Part shown: piece after piece, positions 20,077-30,630 of the stretch
Numbering within the stretch: position 1 is the first letter of the stretch
Layout: every line of letters begins with the position of its first letter
From: Lachnospiraceae bacterium
GTDB lineage: Bacteria > Bacillota > Clostridia > Lachnospirales > Lachnospiraceae
Assembly (NCBI GenBank): GCA_024690605.1
Contig: JAILOV010000063.1
Coordinates: 15,790 to 79,789, forward strand
DNA: 64,000 bases
Direction of reading: 5' to 3'
Program-made: the position numbers and the translations under genes
Notes under the pieces: model-generated
Told to the model about the DNA's origin: nothing
Databases searched by the model: none
What the model saw: only the letters and a program-made list of their open reading frames with translations

Positions 20077-21195
20077 CTAAAGAACAAACCTCTCGCGGTT
20101 TTCCACCACGATCTTCACGCCGTTCTCCCCTTTGAAATAGGAGTTGGCCTGGATCGTGCCGCGACTCTCCACAATGCAGTTTTCAATGCAGGTGTTGTCA
20201 CCCACGTAGATATCATTTAACAGGATCGAATTTCTGATGTAACAGTTGCTGCCGATAAAGGTGCCCTTGAAGATCACGGAATCCTCCACCGTCCCGTTGA
20301 TGATGCAGCCGCTGGACACCAGACTGTTCGTCACCCTGGCTCCGGGATTGTACTTGGCGGGCGGCTGATCCTCGACCTTGGTGTAGATATCCGGATACGT
20401 GCGGAAGAAAAAAGACCGGATCTCGGGCTTCAGAAAGTCCATGTTGGTCGCGTAGTAATCGTCCACCGACGCGATGTTGCTCCAGTAGTCCCGGATCTTG
20501 TATCCGTAGATCTTCTTGGTCGCGCGGTAACGGATCAGGATATCCCGCACAAAATCATAGCGTTCTTCCGCGGCGCTCTGCTCGATCAGTTCGATCAGCA
20601 GGCGTCTGCGGATCACATAGATTCCGCAGGAGATCGTGTGCGAATGCGCCACGATCGGTTTTTCCTCGAATTCTTCTACACGGCTCTCCTCATTCATGCG
20701 CAGGGTGCCGAATCGCTCGGCCGCCTTCTCGCTGGGAACATCCTTGCAGACGATCGTGATGTCCGCGTTCTTTTCGATGTGATAATCGAGCACGCGGTTG
20801 AAATCCAGTTTGTAGACACAGTCGCCGGAGGTGATGACGACATAGGGCTCGTGGCATTCCTTGAGAAACCGCAGATTCTGCGCGATCGCATCCGCCGTGC
20901 CGCGGTACCAGAAACCGTTTTCCGCCGTGATGGCCGGCGTAAAGGTGAACAGCCCGCCCTGTTTGCGCCCGAAATCCCACCACTTGGAACTGGAAAGATG
21001 CTCGTTGAGACTGCCGGCATGATACTGCGTGAACACGGCGACCGTCTGGATGTGGGAATTCGACATGCTGCTGAGTGCAAAGTCGATCGAACGGTAAAAG
21101 CCCGCGATCGGCATGGCGCAGATCGCGCGTTTTTTTGAAAGCTCCTGCATTCTGCTGCTACCGCCGCCGGCCAGCACGATCCCGATTGCTCTCAT
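20077..21195 (-). CDS. glgD: Glucose-1-phosphate adenylyltransferase subunit GlgD
   Basis: [33 protein letters not shown]; coupled to glgC (ATGA overlap). Confidence 0.9.
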   Translation of the reverse strand: MRAIGIVLAGGGSSRMQELSKKRAICAMPIAGFYRSIDFALSSMSNSHIQTVAVFTQYHAGSLNEHLSSSKWWDFGRKQGGLFTFTPAITAENGFWYRGTADAIAQNLRFLKECHEPYVVITSGDCVYKLDFNRVLDYHIEKNADITIVCKDVPSEKAAERFGTLRMNEESRVEEFEEKPIVAHSHTISCGIYVIRRRLLIELIEQSAAEERYDFVRDILIRYRATKKIYGYKIRDYWSNIASVDDYYATNMDFLKPEIRSFFFRTYPDIYTKVEDQPPAKYNPGARVTNSLVSSGCIINGTVEDSVIFKGTFIGSNCYIRNSILLNDIYVGDNTCIENCIVESRGTIQANSYFKGENGVKIVVENRERFVL

Positions 21196-22466
21196 GATTC
21201 CGCCGCTTCCCTGTTCAGTGTCCGGCCGCTCGCAAGTTCCCCGTCCGGATAATCCGCCGCTGTAGTCTTCCCGAAGATCATCACGTTTTTGCCGATCGAG
21301 ACCCGGTCGGGAATGACCGTTTCCTCGCCGATCGTGCACAGGCCGTCCCGGTAGATATGCGGGTCGGTTTCATTCTCTCTTTCCTCGAACACGCCCATGC
21401 GGACATGGTTGCCGATCCGTGCGGCCTCCGCCGCGATCACTCTGTCCAGAGAACAGCCGTCGCCGACGGAACAGTCGTTCATCAGGATCGAATTCCTGAC
21501 CACACTCCCCTCGCCGATGTGCACCCCGCAGCCGATGACCGAACCCTCCACCTCGCCGAGGATCTCCGCACCCTCGCCGACGATCGACCGCTCAATGCGC
21601 GCGTTTCTGCCGAAATACTGCGGCGGCTGCGGCAGGCTCTTCGTGTAGATCTTCCAGTATTCCTCGTAGAGATTGAATTCCGGCACGATGTCGATCAACT
21701 CCATATTGGCCTCCCAATAAGAGGTCAGCGTGCCGACATCCTTCCAGTAGCCGTCAAACTGCCAGGCATAGAGAGAACTGCCCCGATCCTTGCACCACGG
21801 GATCACGTGCTTGCCGAAATCCAGCCCGGACTGATCGGCGTTTTCCGTCAGTGCGCTTTTCAGCGTCTCCCAGGAAAAGATGTAGATCCCCATGGAAGCC
21901 AGATTGCTCCGGGGATGCTCGGGTTTTTCCTCAAAATCCACGATCCTGCGGTCCTCGTCGGTGATCATGATCCCGAAACGGCGGGCCTCCTCCTCGGGCA
22001 CCGGCATGACGGCGATCGTGACATCGGCGCCGTTCTTTTTGTGAAAGGAGAGCATCTGCTCATAATCCATCTTGTAGATGTGATCTCCCGATAGGATCAG
22101 CACATAATCCGGATGGTAGCTCTCCATATATTCCATATTCTGGTAGATCGCATTGGCCGTGCCCGTATACCACTCCGTTCCCATCATCTTCTCATAGGGA
22201 GGGAGGACGGAGACACCGCCGATATTGCGATCCAGATCCCAGGGAATGCCGATCCCGATATGCGCGTTGAGACGCAACGGCTGATACTGTGTAAGCACGC
22301 CCACGGTATCGATGCCGGAATTGATGCAGTTACTCAGAGGAAAATCGATGATCCTGTATTTTCCCCCAAAAGAAACCGCCGGTTTTGCCATTCTCGCCGT
22401 CAGCACCCCCAGACGGCTTCCCTGGCCGCCCGCAAGGAGCATCGCGATCATCTCTTTCTTTATCAC
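21192..22466 (-). CDS. glgC: Glucose-1-phosphate adenylyltransferase GlgC
   Basis: [44 protein letters not shown]. Confidence 0.96.
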   Translation of the reverse strand: MIKKEMIAMLLAGGQGSRLGVLTARMAKPAVSFGGKYRIIDFPLSNCINSGIDTVGVLTQYQPLRLNAHIGIGIPWDLDRNIGGVSVLPPYEKMMGTEWYTGTANAIYQNMEYMESYHPDYVLILSGDHIYKMDYEQMLSFHKKNGADVTIAVMPVPEEEARRFGIMITDEDRRIVDFEEKPEHPRSNLASMGIYIFSWETLKSALTENADQSGLDFGKHVIPWCKDRGSSLYAWQFDGYWKDVGTLTSYWEANMELIDIVPEFNLYEEYWKIYTKSLPQPPQYFGRNARIERSIVGEGAEILGEVEGSVIGCGVHIGEGSVVRNSILMNDCSVGDGCSLDRVIAAEAARIGNHVRMGVFEERENETDPHIYRDGLCTIGEETVIPDRVSIGKNVMIFGKTTAADYPDGELASGRTLNREAAES

Positions 22467-22615
22467 GTCACTGCCTCAAAGAGTCTGCCGCACGGATCAG
22501 CGGCAAAAGATCTGTTTGTATTTTACCATAATCCCGCGATCTTTGGAAGAGGATCACACGCATTTCTTTTCGCGCCTTTTCGTTATATAATAGCATTATG
22601 ACAGGAGGAAGACCT

Positions 22616-24031
22616 ATGTATCTCATCGATTTCAAAAACCCCGTTCACGTCCATTTCATCGGCATCGGCGGCATTTCCATGAGCGGCCTGGCAGAGATTC
22701 TGAAACATGCAGGCTTCTCCGTGACCGGCTCCGACAGGGACAGCAGCCCGCTGACGGAAAAACTTTCGTCGGAGGGGATCGCAGTGGCCGTTCCCCAGAG
22801 CGCGGAGAACATCGCACGGTTTTCCCCCATCGATCTGATCGTCTACACGGCGGCCGTCCACCCGGACAATCCGGAATTCGCCGAAGGTGCCCGGCGGGAG
22901 ATCCCGATGATCACCCGTGCGGAACTTCTTGGACAGATCATGAAACAGTATGAAGATTCCGTGGCCGTTGCCGGCACACACGGCAAGACCACCACGACTT
23001 CCATGCTCTCACAGATCCTCGTGGAAGCGGACAGGGATCCCACGCTCTCCATCGGGGCCATGTTCCCGGCGATCGGTGGCAACCTGCGCATCGGCTCCTC
23101 CGGCACTTTTGTCGCGGAGGCCTGCGAATACACCAACAGCTTCCTGAGCCTTTATCCGAAGATCAGCATCATCCTGGATATCGAGGAGGATCATCTGGAC
23201 TTCTTCAAGGATCTTGCGGACATCCGGACCTCCTTCCGCAGATTCGCCTCACAGACGGCCCCCGACGGCGCCGTCGTGATCGGTTCCGACATCGAGGATC
23301 TTCCCGGGATCACGGCCGGTCTCCCGTGTTCCCGCGTGATCACCTTCGGTCTTGAGGAGACCGCGGATGTCCGGGCAACGAACATCCGCCACGACCGGCT
23401 CACGACCACCTTTACCGTACATCTGTCCGACAGCGCGCTTCCCGCGGGAAGCACCGCCGCGCGTGATTTTCCCGTGACGCTCCACGTACCCGGTGATCAC
23501 AATGTAAAGAACGCGCTGGCCGCGATCGCCGCCGCGCTTCTTCTGGGTCTGGACGACCGCGCCTGCGCGCGCGCCCTCGAGCGGTTTGCCGGCGCAGCGC
23601 GACGTTTTGAGCGTCTCGGTGTTGTGAACGGCGTCACGATCATCGATGATTACGCGCATCATCCGACGGAGATCCGCATGACCCTTGCGGCCGCGCGGGA
23701 TCTGGGATTCAAAAGGATCTGGTGCGCGTTCCAGCCGCACACCTATACGCGCACAAAGGCGCTGTTTTCGGACTTTGCCGAGGCACTGACGGGAGCGGAC
23801 CGCGTCGTTCTCGCGGACATCTATGCAGCGCGCGAGACGGACGATCTGGGGATCTCCTCCCGCGATCTGCAGGAAAAAATACGGAATCTCGGACACTCCT
23901 GTGACTATTTTCCGTCATTTTCAGAGATCCGGCAATTTCTTTCCGAAAATTGTGAAGAGGGAGATCTGTTGATATTTATGGGTGCCGGCGAGATTGATAA
24001 AATCGGCTTCTCTCTCCTCTCCGGCGAATGA
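22616..24031 (+). CDS. murC: UDP-N-acetylmuramate--L-alanine ligase
   Basis: HFIGIGGISMSGLA, VAGTHGKTTTTSM, EACEY, DDYAHHPTE, FQPHTYTRT; RBS AGGAGG before ATG 22616. Confidence 0.96.
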   Translation: MYLIDFKNPVHVHFIGIGGISMSGLAEILKHAGFSVTGSDRDSSPLTEKLSSEGIAVAVPQSAENIARFSPIDLIVYTAAVHPDNPEFAEGARREIPMITRAELLGQIMKQYEDSVAVAGTHGKTTTTSMLSQILVEADRDPTLSIGAMFPAIGGNLRIGSSGTFVAEACEYTNSFLSLYPKISIILDIEEDHLDFFKDLADIRTSFRRFASQTAPDGAVVIGSDIEDLPGITAGLPCSRVITFGLEETADVRATNIRHDRLTTTFTVHLSDSALPAGSTAARDFPVTLHVPGDHNVKNALAAIAAALLLGLDDRACARALERFAGAARRFERLGVVNGVTIIDDYAHHPTEIRMTLAAARDLGFKRIWCAFQPHTYTRTKALFSDFAEALTGADRVVLADIYAARETDDLGISSRDLQEKIRNLGHSCDYFPSFSEIRQFLSENCEEGDLLIFMGAGEIDKIGFSLLSGE

Positions 24032-24297
24032 TTTCCACTTTTTCCCCAATGGGATGCCCGACGGCTTTGTGATTTATTTGTGGGTAACATAGAACGGAAA
24101 AACGGCGGTCAGAGAGATCCATCCACGATATCCACACTCTCCACAGCCACCCCGAAACCCGCGTCATTACTGGGCTTGTGGCATTTTTCATCTACCATTT
24201 TGCAAAGTGCTGTGATATAATCTCCGCAACGAGGCGACAGAACCTCTAACCGTTTACGGATGCGGCAGAGCGCTTTGTTTTGGGGAGAATTCGGATT

Positions 24298-25350
24298 ATG
24301 ATGGGACGTGTTTCGATCAACAGAGAACAGCCTGCAGACGCGCACAGCACTGCGGTTTCCAATATTTTCATCGACAACTACATGACCGAGGCCAATGACG
24401 CGCAGCTCAAGATCTATCTGTGGCTTCTGCGCATGATGCGCGCGGGTCTTCCGACCAGCTTAAGCGATCTGGCCGAACGCTTCAACCTCACGGAAAAGGA
24501 TGTGACGCGCGCACTCAAATTCTGGGAAAAGCGCGGCATCATCACCATGGAATATGATCAGGACAAAAAACTCTCCGGCATCCATCTGGAGGAGCTGTCG
24601 CAGGACGGATCGGAGACCGACCGCGAGACCGCGACCGCGCCGGTGCCGGAAAAACCGGCAAAGAAACCGGCAATGCCGCGTCAGACAGTTACGGAGCCCG
24701 TCGAGAGCACCGACTGCTCGCAACTTCTGTTCATCGCGGAGCAGTATCTCGGACGTCCCTTAAGCGTCGCGGACACGCGTTCTCTGCTGTATATCCGGGA
24801 TTCTCTTCATTTCTCCGACGCACTCCTGGATTATCTGATGCAGTACTGTGTCGAACGCGGCAAAAAGGATTTCCGCTATATGGAGCGCGTGGCGATCCGC
24901 TGGCAGGAAAGCGGCTATGAAACGCCCGAACAGGCCAAGCGCGGAAGCTTCAAATACGACAGGAAGCTCTATGAGGTCATGGATCTTTTGGGCATGAACA
25001 ATCTTCCGACCGCTACGGAGGCCGCCTTTATCGAACGCTGGATCTCGACCTACCACCTTCCCATGGAGGTGATCCGCGAAGCATGCGCGCGCACGGTTCT
25101 CGCCACGCAGAAGAGGCGCCTGGAATATGCGGACAGGATCCTGGAAAGCTGGCACGCCTCCGGCGTTTCCAAAAAGAGCGACATCCGGCAGCTGGATGAA
25201 GCGCACCGGGAGAGCAAAAAAACGGCCGCGACCGCAAAAAGCGCGCAATCCGGCACCGGGACGCCGAGACAGAGCACGCGCACAAGCAGATTCCCGCAGC
25301 GCGACGACTACGACATGGCCCTGATCGAGCAGGTGCTGGTACAGAACTGA
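24298..25350 (+). CDS. DnaD/DnaB_2 domain replication-initiation protein
   Basis: SNIFIDNYMTEANDAQLKIYLWLL, two DnaD-like repeats (YMERVAIRW; YADRILESW). Confidence 0.85.
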   Translation: MMGRVSINREQPADAHSTAVSNIFIDNYMTEANDAQLKIYLWLLRMMRAGLPTSLSDLAERFNLTEKDVTRALKFWEKRGIITMEYDQDKKLSGIHLEELSQDGSETDRETATAPVPEKPAKKPAMPRQTVTEPVESTDCSQLLFIAEQYLGRPLSVADTRSLLYIRDSLHFSDALLDYLMQYCVERGKKDFRYMERVAIRWQESGYETPEQAKRGSFKYDRKLYEVMDLLGMNNLPTATEAAFIERWISTYHLPMEVIREACARTVLATQKRRLEYADRILESWHASGVSKKSDIRQLDEAHRESKKTAATAKSAQSGTGTPRQSTRTSRFPQRDDYDMALIEQVLVQN

Positions 25351-25359
25351 GGAGACGGT

Positions 25360-26322
25360 TTGGCATTATCAAACGAACAATACGATCAGATCATGCGCGG
25401 CTATGAGCTGAGACGCAGAAATGCGCGTGCGGAGCGCGATCGCAGATACCGGGAGATCCTGCAGCGGATCCCGGCTTATCAGGAACTCGACGGAGATAAC
25501 GCGTCGACGATCTCTTCCTTTATCACGGATCTGAAAAATGACACAGCCGATGCCGCCCGCACCAGAGACGCGCTTGCCGAAGCGGGCAAAAGACGTCGCG
25601 CACTGCTCTCACAGGCCGGTTTTCCCGCCGACTATCTGGATTCCGTCTACACATGCGCAGAGTGCCGCGATACCGGTTTTATCAATGGTGTGAAGTGCCG
25701 CTGTTTCGTCAGGCAGGAGATCGATCTGCTCTATTCGCGTTCTCATCTGGAGGCTCTCTCGGACAAGATGGATTTTTCCATGCTGCGCGAGGATCTCTAC
25801 AACGGCAATGACGAGGCTCTCACCCATTTCCGCGGAGCCCGCGACGCCGCGCTCTCCTTTACGGAGCGTTTTCCCGCCTGTGACAAGGATCTGCTGTTCA
25901 TGGGCAATGTCGGAACGGGGAAGACCACACTCTCCGTCTGTATCGCCAAGGAACTCCTGAAAAAGGGATATTCCGTCATCTACTTCAGCGCCGTTTCCCT
26001 GTTTGATCAGCTGGCAGCGGCGCATTTTTCCAAAGACCGGTCGGAAGCCGACAGCGAGCCTCTCCGGGATCTGTATTCCTGTGACCTGCTGATCATCGAC
26101 GATCTGGGCTCGGAGCTCACCAATTCCTTTATCGAAGAGGAATTGTTTGTTCTGCTCAACGAACGGCAGATCCGCGACAAACGGATCATCATCTCCACGA
26201 ACGCTTCCGTAGATAATCTCAGGAGCACCTACCGGGACCGCATTTTTTCCCGCATCATCAGCGGGTTTTCCATACTGAAACTGACCGGAACGGACATCCG
26301 TTTCCGAAAAGCCGTCATGTAG
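25360..26322 (+). CDS. DnaC/DnaI-like AAA+ helicase loader (IstB-like ATPase family)
   Basis: Zn motif C-AEC-DTGF...KCRC, Walker A GNVGTGKT, Walker B LLIIDDLG, IISTN, RIFSRI. Confidence 0.85.
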   Translation: MALSNEQYDQIMRGYELRRRNARAERDRRYREILQRIPAYQELDGDNASTISSFITDLKNDTADAARTRDALAEAGKRRRALLSQAGFPADYLDSVYTCAECRDTGFINGVKCRCFVRQEIDLLYSRSHLEALSDKMDFSMLREDLYNGNDEALTHFRGARDAALSFTERFPACDKDLLFMGNVGTGKTTLSVCIAKELLKKGYSVIYFSAVSLFDQLAAAHFSKDRSEADSEPLRDLYSCDLLIIDDLGSELTNSFIEEELFVLLNERQIRDKRIIISTNASVDNLRSTYRDRIFSRIISGFSILKLTGTDIRFRKAVM

Positions 26323-26338
26323 AATCAAAGGAGGGATC

Positions 26339-27529
26339 ATGCCAAAGAACAGAGAGGAAAAGCGCAATCTGGAGACCATTCCCGTCGGATCGCTCGGGCT
26401 CATTGCCCTGAACGGATGCCAGACGCTCGGGGAGCGGGTCGACAAATATCTCGTCAGATGGCGTGCGGAACGAGAGAATGAGCACAAAGGAAGCCTTGCC
26501 TTCACAGGCTATGAGCGACCGTCCTATCTGCTCTCCGCGGAAACGCCCCGGTTCGGCACCGGTGAAGCCAAGGGCGTCATCAATCAATCCGTCCGCGGAG
26601 ACGACCTTTATCTGCTCGTCGATGTGACCAACTACAGTCTGACCTACAAGCTCTTCGGCATGGAAAATCACATGTCACCCGATGATCACTATCAGGATCT
26701 CAAACGCATCATCGCCGCCGTCGGCGGCAAGGCGCGCAGGATCACTGTGATCATGCCCTTCCTCTACGAGAGCAGACAGCACAAGCGCACCTCACGGGAA
26801 TCGCTCGACTGTGCGATCGCACTGCAGGAACTGGTCAAGATGGGCGTCGACAATATCATCACCTTTGAAGCCCACGATCCGCGCGTCCAGAACGCGATCC
26901 CGCTGCACGGTTTTGAGACGGTGCGCACCTCCTATCAGTTCATCAAAGGTCTCCTGCTCAATGTGCAGGGGCTGAAGATCGACGCCGAGCACATGATGGT
27001 GATCAGTCCCGATGAAGGCGGCATGAACCGCGCCGTCTATCTTGGCAGTGTTCTGGGCCTCGATGTCGGCATGTTCTACAAACGGCGTGACTACACGCAG
27101 ATCATCGACGGCCGGAATCCGATCCTCGCACATGAATTCCTGGGAGCCTCCGTGGAAGGCAAAGACGTCATCATCATCGATGACATGATCTCGTCCGGAG
27201 AAAGCATTCTGGAAGTGGCCAGTGCACTGAAGGCCAGAAAAGCGGCGCACATCTTTGTCTTCTCGACCTTCGGCCTCTTTACCGCTGGTCTTGCGCCCTT
27301 TGACAAAGCATATGCGGACGGTCTGATCGACAGGATCCTCACAACGAACCTGATCTATCAGTCCCCCGAGCTTCTCGCCAGAGACTGGTACATCAGCTGC
27401 GACATGAGCAAGTATATCGCCTACATCATCGACACCTTAAACCACGATGCTTCGATCAGCGATCTGCTCAATCCCGTGGAGCGCATCACCAGTTTTGTTG
27501 CCCGCTACAGTGCCGGGGAGTTCACATAA
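26339..27529 (+). CDS. prs: Ribose-phosphate pyrophosphokinase (long clostridial type)
   Basis: RFGTGEAKG, MPFLYESRQ, ISPDEGG, KDVIIIDDMISSG. Confidence 0.92.
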   Translation: MPKNREEKRNLETIPVGSLGLIALNGCQTLGERVDKYLVRWRAERENEHKGSLAFTGYERPSYLLSAETPRFGTGEAKGVINQSVRGDDLYLLVDVTNYSLTYKLFGMENHMSPDDHYQDLKRIIAAVGGKARRITVIMPFLYESRQHKRTSRESLDCAIALQELVKMGVDNIITFEAHDPRVQNAIPLHGFETVRTSYQFIKGLLLNVQGLKIDAEHMMVISPDEGGMNRAVYLGSVLGLDVGMFYKRRDYTQIIDGRNPILAHEFLGASVEGKDVIIIDDMISSGESILEVASALKARKAAHIFVFSTFGLFTAGLAPFDKAYADGLIDRILTTNLIYQSPELLARDWYISCDMSKYIAYIIDTLNHDASISDLLNPVERITSFVARYSAGEFT

Positions 27530-30078
27530 TAAGTCAAAAACCGGTTTCCGTTTTCCTTGAACAGCCGGATTCCCTGCGAGCGCGTGATCTTATACACGCG
27601 CTCGTCCGCGTTTTTCAGCGGATCGACGATCACCAGCTCCGATTCGTTGAAACCGATCAGCAGAAGTGCACCGCCGTCCCGCATGGACACGAGCACCGGA
27701 ATGTCCTGATCGACATAGTAGAGCATCGACGTCATCTCACAGCCTGTCAGCGAAAGCGATCTGCAGTCCGCAAGGCACCGGTCGAGCACCTCGGAAAGAG
27801 AAGCGCCCTCTGCGAGCATTCCCCTGATATCCCTGCTGCTGCCCCGATGCTCCGTCATCAGTCTGAGGCAGAATTCCGCAGCATTGTCCTCGTCCGGCAC
27901 CTGTGTTTTCGCGGCATTTGTGATCGCCATGATCTGGTTTTTGGACTGCAGTCCCCGCCGTTCCCACACATAGCGGTCATTCCTGTCCACCACCACGGCA
28001 CTCATCCCGTCCGCCAGCGTGACCGCCGCAGCTTCCTCGGCACAGATCGCCGCCACACTGCCATCGCGCGCATAAACATAGAAGCCCTGGTTGTTTCCCG
28101 CGCCTTTATAGATCGGCACATCGGTCGATTCCTCATCCAGCACAAGGCCGGGACGGATCGCCTTGACTGTGCGTCCGTCCACCTCCTGCCTGAGATCGAT
28201 CGCGATGATCTTTTCCCAGGTCTGTGTGACAACGGCAAGCACGCGGTTGATTCTGCTCTTGGCCTCCAGCGTGTTGATGATCTGGTCATCCTCCGTATCT
28301 TCGTAATATCCGGTATCCTCATTGAGGCGCACCCGGTGCAGACGGATCTGATTACCGGATACCTCGGCATCCACAACGAAATTTCCCGGGCTCACATAAT
28401 TCTCCAGGATATTCCCCTGCACATCGCGGATCCGCACCGTCTCCATGGCATAGATATCCCCTCCCGCCGGATCTCTGCGCACATCCTCATCGCGCACCAC
28501 GCCGTATACCAGATCCTCCTGCATGAATCCGAGCGGCATCACCCGGGTGCCCGGCTCCGCCTTCACCTCGTCATTCTCACCGGTATGGAACTGCGTCACC
28601 GTGATGCGGTCTCCCAGCACGCCGTCCGCCCGCGCAAACAGCGCGCCGGATGCCGAGCGGAAATACGGCGTCTGCGCAGCGCCGCGGATCACCGTCTGCA
28701 CCGCGTCGCGCGCAGGATCGATCATCACAACATCATCCCCGAGCATCAGATACAGCTCATCCCCGCCGCCGATGTGGGACATCCGGCGCACATCGGCGCG
28801 CAGGATCTCGGGTGAGACATCGACCGGCAGAAAGGTCAGCTCCTGCAGCTGCCGGATGCTCCGGTCATAGCGGTAGAGCGCGGCGCCCACCCGCCCCTCA
28901 TGTTCTCCGCGGTTCATGTAGCCGGCCACCAGAAAACTCACGTTACCGCCGGCATCCACCTGCAGGATATGGATATCATGTCCCTGCCAGGTGCAGCGCT
29001 CATCACCGTTTTCGCTGTCGGAAAAGGAGAAAAGGATCCCCATTTCTCCCGATTCCTTATCAAAGGAAAACAGTCTGCCGCCGGCGACAAAGGCGACCGT
29101 GTTACCGTCTTCGTTTTCCGCGAGCGGGATCTCCTCCGGACCGATCCCCAGATAGATCCTGTCCGAGCCGAAATCCGCGGCGGCTCCCTCAAAACGGTAG
29201 CGCACCTCCCGGTCATAGCCGAGCAGGTACATCCGCTGCTCTCCGCGTCGCAGACGGAAACATTCCGTCACATCGCAGGCGCGGTTTTCTCCGTCTTCCC
29301 CGCCGAACACCATGCTGCCCGTGAGCACAAGCGACACCACATCACCCCGGATCTCGGTGATCTGCGCCGCAGGCACATCATGCGTCAGGATCATCAGATC
29401 TCCCCAGGAGATCTGCGCATAGCTGGAATGGATATCGACGTGGGCAAAGGTACTGTTGTCGCCCGAGCGATCGGGTTCGATATAGGGAATGATCTCTTCC
29501 TTGTGTGATTTGTCCAGCGTGTTCTCATGGAAGCGTCTGGCAAAGGCCAGCGAATCGGAGACCGCTGCCGCCTCCCTGTCGGAGACATAGACGATCCGGG
29601 TGTAATAGGAAACGGTCCGCCCCACAATGTCAGCACGCAGGATCAGCATATATTCCTCACCGGGCGTCAGCAGATCCTTCAGTGTCAGATCGGCGACGAT
29701 ATCTCCGTATTCCGTCTCCCGTCTCTCCGTGACGGCCGTCTGCTCTACCAGGTTCTCCCCCGCGATGTCCCGGACCTCAAAAAGAAGTCCGTCCAGCGGC
29801 TCTCCGTAGGTGGCGATCCGGATCGAAACACGCCGTTCGGAAGCGACCGGAATGATCCCGCCGCGCATGGAGGGCACGGACATATCATCCAGATAACCGC
29901 GAAGCGTCGCCGCCTCCTCTGCCGTGTCAGGCAGGAGCACGCGGACAAGCGGCAGCGTTGCGCTGCCCATGACCGATGTCTGATCCGTGTTCTCCTGTTC
30001 GGAAAACCGCAGGAACACCGCCAGCGCGAGAAAAAAGACGGCCAGAAGATATAGAATTTTGAAAATCTGTCTCCGCAT
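27505..30078 (-). CDS. Large membrane-anchored/secreted hypothetical protein (857 aa)
   Basis: N-terminal hydrophobic anchor ILYLLAVFFLALAVFL; long ORF with host-like codon use; C-terminus loosely C39-peptidase-like. Confidence 0.7.
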   Translation of the reverse strand: MRRQIFKILYLLAVFFLALAVFLRFSEQENTDQTSVMGSATLPLVRVLLPDTAEEAATLRGYLDDMSVPSMRGGIIPVASERRVSIRIATYGEPLDGLLFEVRDIAGENLVEQTAVTERRETEYGDIVADLTLKDLLTPGEEYMLILRADIVGRTVSYYTRIVYVSDREAAAVSDSLAFARRFHENTLDKSHKEEIIPYIEPDRSGDNSTFAHVDIHSSYAQISWGDLMILTHDVPAAQITEIRGDVVSLVLTGSMVFGGEDGENRACDVTECFRLRRGEQRMYLLGYDREVRYRFEGAAADFGSDRIYLGIGPEEIPLAENEDGNTVAFVAGGRLFSFDKESGEMGILFSFSDSENGDERCTWQGHDIHILQVDAGGNVSFLVAGYMNRGEHEGRVGAALYRYDRSIRQLQELTFLPVDVSPEILRADVRRMSHIGGGDELYLMLGDDVVMIDPARDAVQTVIRGAAQTPYFRSASGALFARADGVLGDRITVTQFHTGENDEVKAEPGTRVMPLGFMQEDLVYGVVRDEDVRRDPAGGDIYAMETVRIRDVQGNILENYVSPGNFVVDAEVSGNQIRLHRVRLNEDTGYYEDTEDDQIINTLEAKSRINRVLAVVTQTWEKIIAIDLRQEVDGRTVKAIRPGLVLDEESTDVPIYKGAGNNQGFYVYARDGSVAAICAEEAAAVTLADGMSAVVVDRNDRYVWERRGLQSKNQIMAITNAAKTQVPDEDNAAEFCLRLMTEHRGSSRDIRGMLAEGASLSEVLDRCLADCRSLSLTGCEMTSMLYYVDQDIPVLVSMRDGGALLLIGFNESELVIVDPLKNADERVYKITRSQGIRLFKENGNRFLTYYVNSPAL

Positions 30079-30144
30079 AATGAAGAATATGATATAATAA
30101 AAACACTTGAAGTCCGATCACCTGACATCTATCGGGGAGGGCAG

Positions 30145-30624
30145 ATGACACAACCGATTCTTTACCGAAAGCGCATCATTCCTGACGAATGCGTCCTTTT
30201 AAAGGATGATCAGATCCTCTTTCATGACGACACGGTCATCGTGACCGGCTGGAAAGCACTTCATCCCAAACCCGACCTGTCCTGCGGCTTCTCCTGCTAC
30301 TATCTTCACGAGGGCTGCAAGATCAGCAAGTTCTGCCGGGAGGATCACTCCCTCATCTACTGGTACTGCGATATCGTCGACTATGGTCCGGGCGTCCGGG
30401 ACGGTGAGCTTGTCGTCACGGATCTTCTGGCCGATGTGATCGTCCGCCCCGACGGTACGCTGCGTGTCGTCGACCTTGACGAACTTGCCGATGCCTTTGA
30501 CCGCGGTCTCATCGACAGGAAACAGCTCACAACCAGCCTCAACAGTCTGAGCAGACTGCTGGACAGGATCTACGCGGACGGTATCGAGGCGCTCGCCGCA
30601 CCCATCGCACGCATCGCCGGATAG
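30145..30624 (+). CDS. DUF402 family protein
   Basis: YWYCDIV...DLLADVIVRPDG...VVDLDELADA pattern. Confidence 0.75.
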   Translation: MTQPILYRKRIIPDECVLLKDDQILFHDDTVIVTGWKALHPKPDLSCGFSCYYLHEGCKISKFCREDHSLIYWYCDIVDYGPGVRDGELVVTDLLADVIVRPDGTLRVVDLDELADAFDRGLIDRKQLTTSLNSLSRLLDRIYADGIEALAAPIARIAG

Positions 30625-30630
30625 ACTCTC

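Noticed and set aside
24298-26322. DnaD-like plus IstB-like ATPase pair as a prophage or IS21 element
   Set aside because: No transposase, integrase, terminal repeats or phage genes nearby; it is embedded between murC and prs, consistent with the chromosomal loader pair.
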